64,000 bases of DNA from Raja brachyura (Eukaryota): assembly GCA_963514005.1 (NCBI GenBank), contig OY740799.1:25978001-26042000 (forward strand). Direction: 5' to 3'. Shown here one piece after another: positions 61,873-64,000 of the stretch. Below the pieces are notes generated by a model, which saw nothing but the letters and a program-made list of their open reading frames with translations, searched no databases and had not been told where the DNA came from. Position 1 is the stretch's first letter. Each line of letters opens with the position of its first letter. Made by a program: the position numbers and the translations under genes.

Positions 61873-62417
61873 TTTAAATTTCTTACCGAAGTCGCGCGCC
61901 TGATGACATCACGCAGCCTTCAATCGCACCGGAGCCGTTTTAAATCGATCTCCTGCGGTAAGTAGCGTTAGCACCCTCCTTTAACCCCGTTTTTTTAACC
62001 GATTTTTACGGAGCTGATCTGGCGCTGTTCTCCCCTAGAACATGGCGCCACCGGAAGTCGCAGCAAAACAAGTTAATTGCAGTTCAATGGGTTCTCCGGT
62101 AAACTTCACACACACTGTGAATCTGAATCATTTGTTGTCTTCTAAGAACTAAGAAAAAATCGAAAATGCTGAGAAAAATCAGGCAGCATATGTGGAAAGA
62201 TAAATAGTCAACACTTCACATCCAGTACCCTTTGTCAGAATGGGAAAGTGAGAAGCTAGCTAGTTTTCGGTAACAGGGAAGGTGGAGGATGAATGGGTGG
62301 TTCAGAGAGAATCTCTCTGATGGGGTGAAATCAGATGCCCTAATGTGGTGGCTCAGGACCAGTCAAGACTAGATTAAGCATCTTTGCCTGTGTAATGTAA
62401 TAAAAAGGACCCACAGA

Positions 62418-62580
62418 GGCTGGTTTATAGCAAAGGCAGACACAAAATGCTGGAGTAACTCAATGGGTCAAGCATCATCTCTGGAGAAAATGGATAGGTC
62501 ACATTTCAAATATCGACCCGAAACATTGCCTATCCATTTTCGCCAGAGATGCTGCCTGACCAGCATTTTGTGTCTATCTT
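62418..62580. mobile_element. Penelope-derived hairpin mini-element
   Basis: agacacaaaatgctgg...catttc / gaaacattgcctatcc...cagcattttgtgtct. Confidence 0.78.
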
Positions 62581-62787
62581 TTCTTGCGTAATGCGTTGCT
62601 AAGCGTAAGGCTGTGGATTATATGAAAATGTGAAAATGGCTGTGAAAAAAAAAAACAGAATCAAAAAGATGACAAATCACTAGATCTGATAGAGCAGTAA
62701 GAAAGGGCAAGTTACCCACAACTGACTTCCAATACTACCTGCTCTAATCTGATAATATTTAAACTTCCACTGACAATCACTTACCAT

Positions 62788-63322
62788 CATAGAACGTAGA
62801 AAATTACAGCACAGGGATAGGCCTCATGGTCCACAATATCTGTGTCAAACATGATGTAAGGATAAACTAATTCATCTGCCACCACATGATTCATATCCCT
62901 CCATTCCTTGCATACCCATGTGCCATCTAAAAGCTTTACACCTCACTACCATATCTGTCTCCACCATCACCCCAGGGAGCGTGTTACAGGCACCCACCAC
63001 TCTTTAAAAAAATGTCACATCTCCTTTAAACTTTGCACCTTTTACCTCAAAGCTATGCTCTATAGTCTTTGACATTTCCATTTTGTGTGAAGGTTTCTGA
63101 CTGTCGAACCTATCTAAGCATTTTATAATTTTATATACTTCCATTAGGTCTCCCCTCAACCTAAAAGGTGCTAGGGAAAACAATACAAGTTTGTGCAACC
63201 TTTGCTTGTAGCTAATACACCCTGGACCAGGCAGCATTCTGGTAAACCTCTTCTACACCCTCTCCAAAGCCTCTACATCCTTCCTGTAATGGGGTGACCA
63301 GATCAGTACGCTATGTTCCAAA
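62788..63322 (-). mobile_element. CR1 3' fragment
   Basis: Minus ORF SYKQRL.KL.LFSL..RLRGDLMEVYKII..FKGDV; catagaacgtagaa tail. Confidence 0.82.
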
Positions 63323-63424
63323 TACATTTCATAGTTTGTGCAGAGATACTTAACCCAACAGACCTCCCATCCTGCCAGGTCAGGTTTCGTCAAGTTGAGT
63401 TTATTGTCATGTGCCGTGGGACGT

Positions 63425-63656
63425 AGCAGGGTGGCGTAGCGGGTAGAGCTCCTGCTTCAGCGTGCCAGGTTCGATCCCAACTTCAGGAGCTGTCTGTGTG
63501 GAATTTGAACTTTCTTCCTGTGACTTTGTCAATTTACCCTAGTGTGTAGGGAATGGATGTGAAAGCAGGATGATGTAGAACATGTGTGAGCAGGTGATGG
63601 ATGGTTGGCATGGGCTCAGTGGGCCAAAGGGCCTGTTTCCATGATGTATTTCTAAA
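63425..63656 (+). mobile_element. tRNA-derived SINE, internally deleted
   Basis: ggtggcgtagcgggtagagc, ggttcgatccc, tail gggccaaagggcctgtttccatg. Confidence 0.78.
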
Positions 63657-64000
63657 GTATGGTGAGGTACAGGTACAATGAAAATTCTTGCATGCAGCCT
63701 CGATTCTTTACCACTGCCACCACTGCTCTAGATATCCTCTATACACACATCCCTTCACCAAGGTGCTGCTTCAACTGCTGCTTCTGAATCAAATTGTAAA
63801 TGCACAATCGTAGTAGATTACTCTTGTGCCTGCACCCATTCACAGCAATTTTGCTGTTTTGAACGGCTCCATGAAGTGAGAGTTTGTAGAATTCTAGGCT
63901 GCGACGCAGTCATTGAAAAACTGCCTGTTCTGTAAACAGAAAGGAAAATGCCATCCGTATTCCCCCAAGGTAGAACAGAATAATTGGGCAGGGGGAACAC

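Larger units (their letters stand above)
55907..62059 (-). mobile_element. Full-length L1-clade LINE (~6.15 kb)
   Basis: 15-bp TSD gcagcaaaacaagtt (55892-55906, 62060-62074). Poly(A) preceded by AATAAA (55923-55928, minus). 5' end GACTTCCGGTGGCGCCATG; ORF1, spacer, ORF2. Confidence 0.97.

Overview
Repeat-dense, AT-rich vertebrate genomic DNA. I found no recognisable host protein-coding exon, rRNA, tRNA gene or CRISPR array. The repeat repertoire (CR1/HER1-like LINEs, tRNA-headed HE1-like SINEs, Penelope-like elements, Rex/Babar and RTE remnants) suggests a cartilaginous fish, probably a skate or ray; this is inference and was not verified. Best-supported structures: (1) a full-length L1 on the minus strand (55907-62059) with a 15-bp TSD, poly(A), intact 1262-aa ORF2 and an ORF1 broken by one in-frame TGA; (2) an IR/DR-type Tc1 (37204-40124) whose transposase is split by a 1280-bp non-autonomous Helitron (37775-39054) with all canonical ends; (3) a ~2-kb TTAA-flanked fold-back element with ~620-bp arms (53817-55804); (4) three PIF/Harbinger-type MITEs sharing one TIR, with TAA/TTA TSDs; (5) Penelope-like RT/GIY-YIG remnants and about 20 short terminal-repeat derivatives. 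The most interesting signal is in the Penelope termini. They carry a minimal hammerhead-ribozyme core (CTGAAGA-stem II-GAAACGTC), and many copies are ~100-220-bp hairpin insertions, several with their own 10-15-bp TSDs, whose fold-back or truncation points cluster on that motif. Ribozyme activity and novelty are untested. Boundaries of old, degraded repeats are approximate, and family names come from motif recognition, not database searches.
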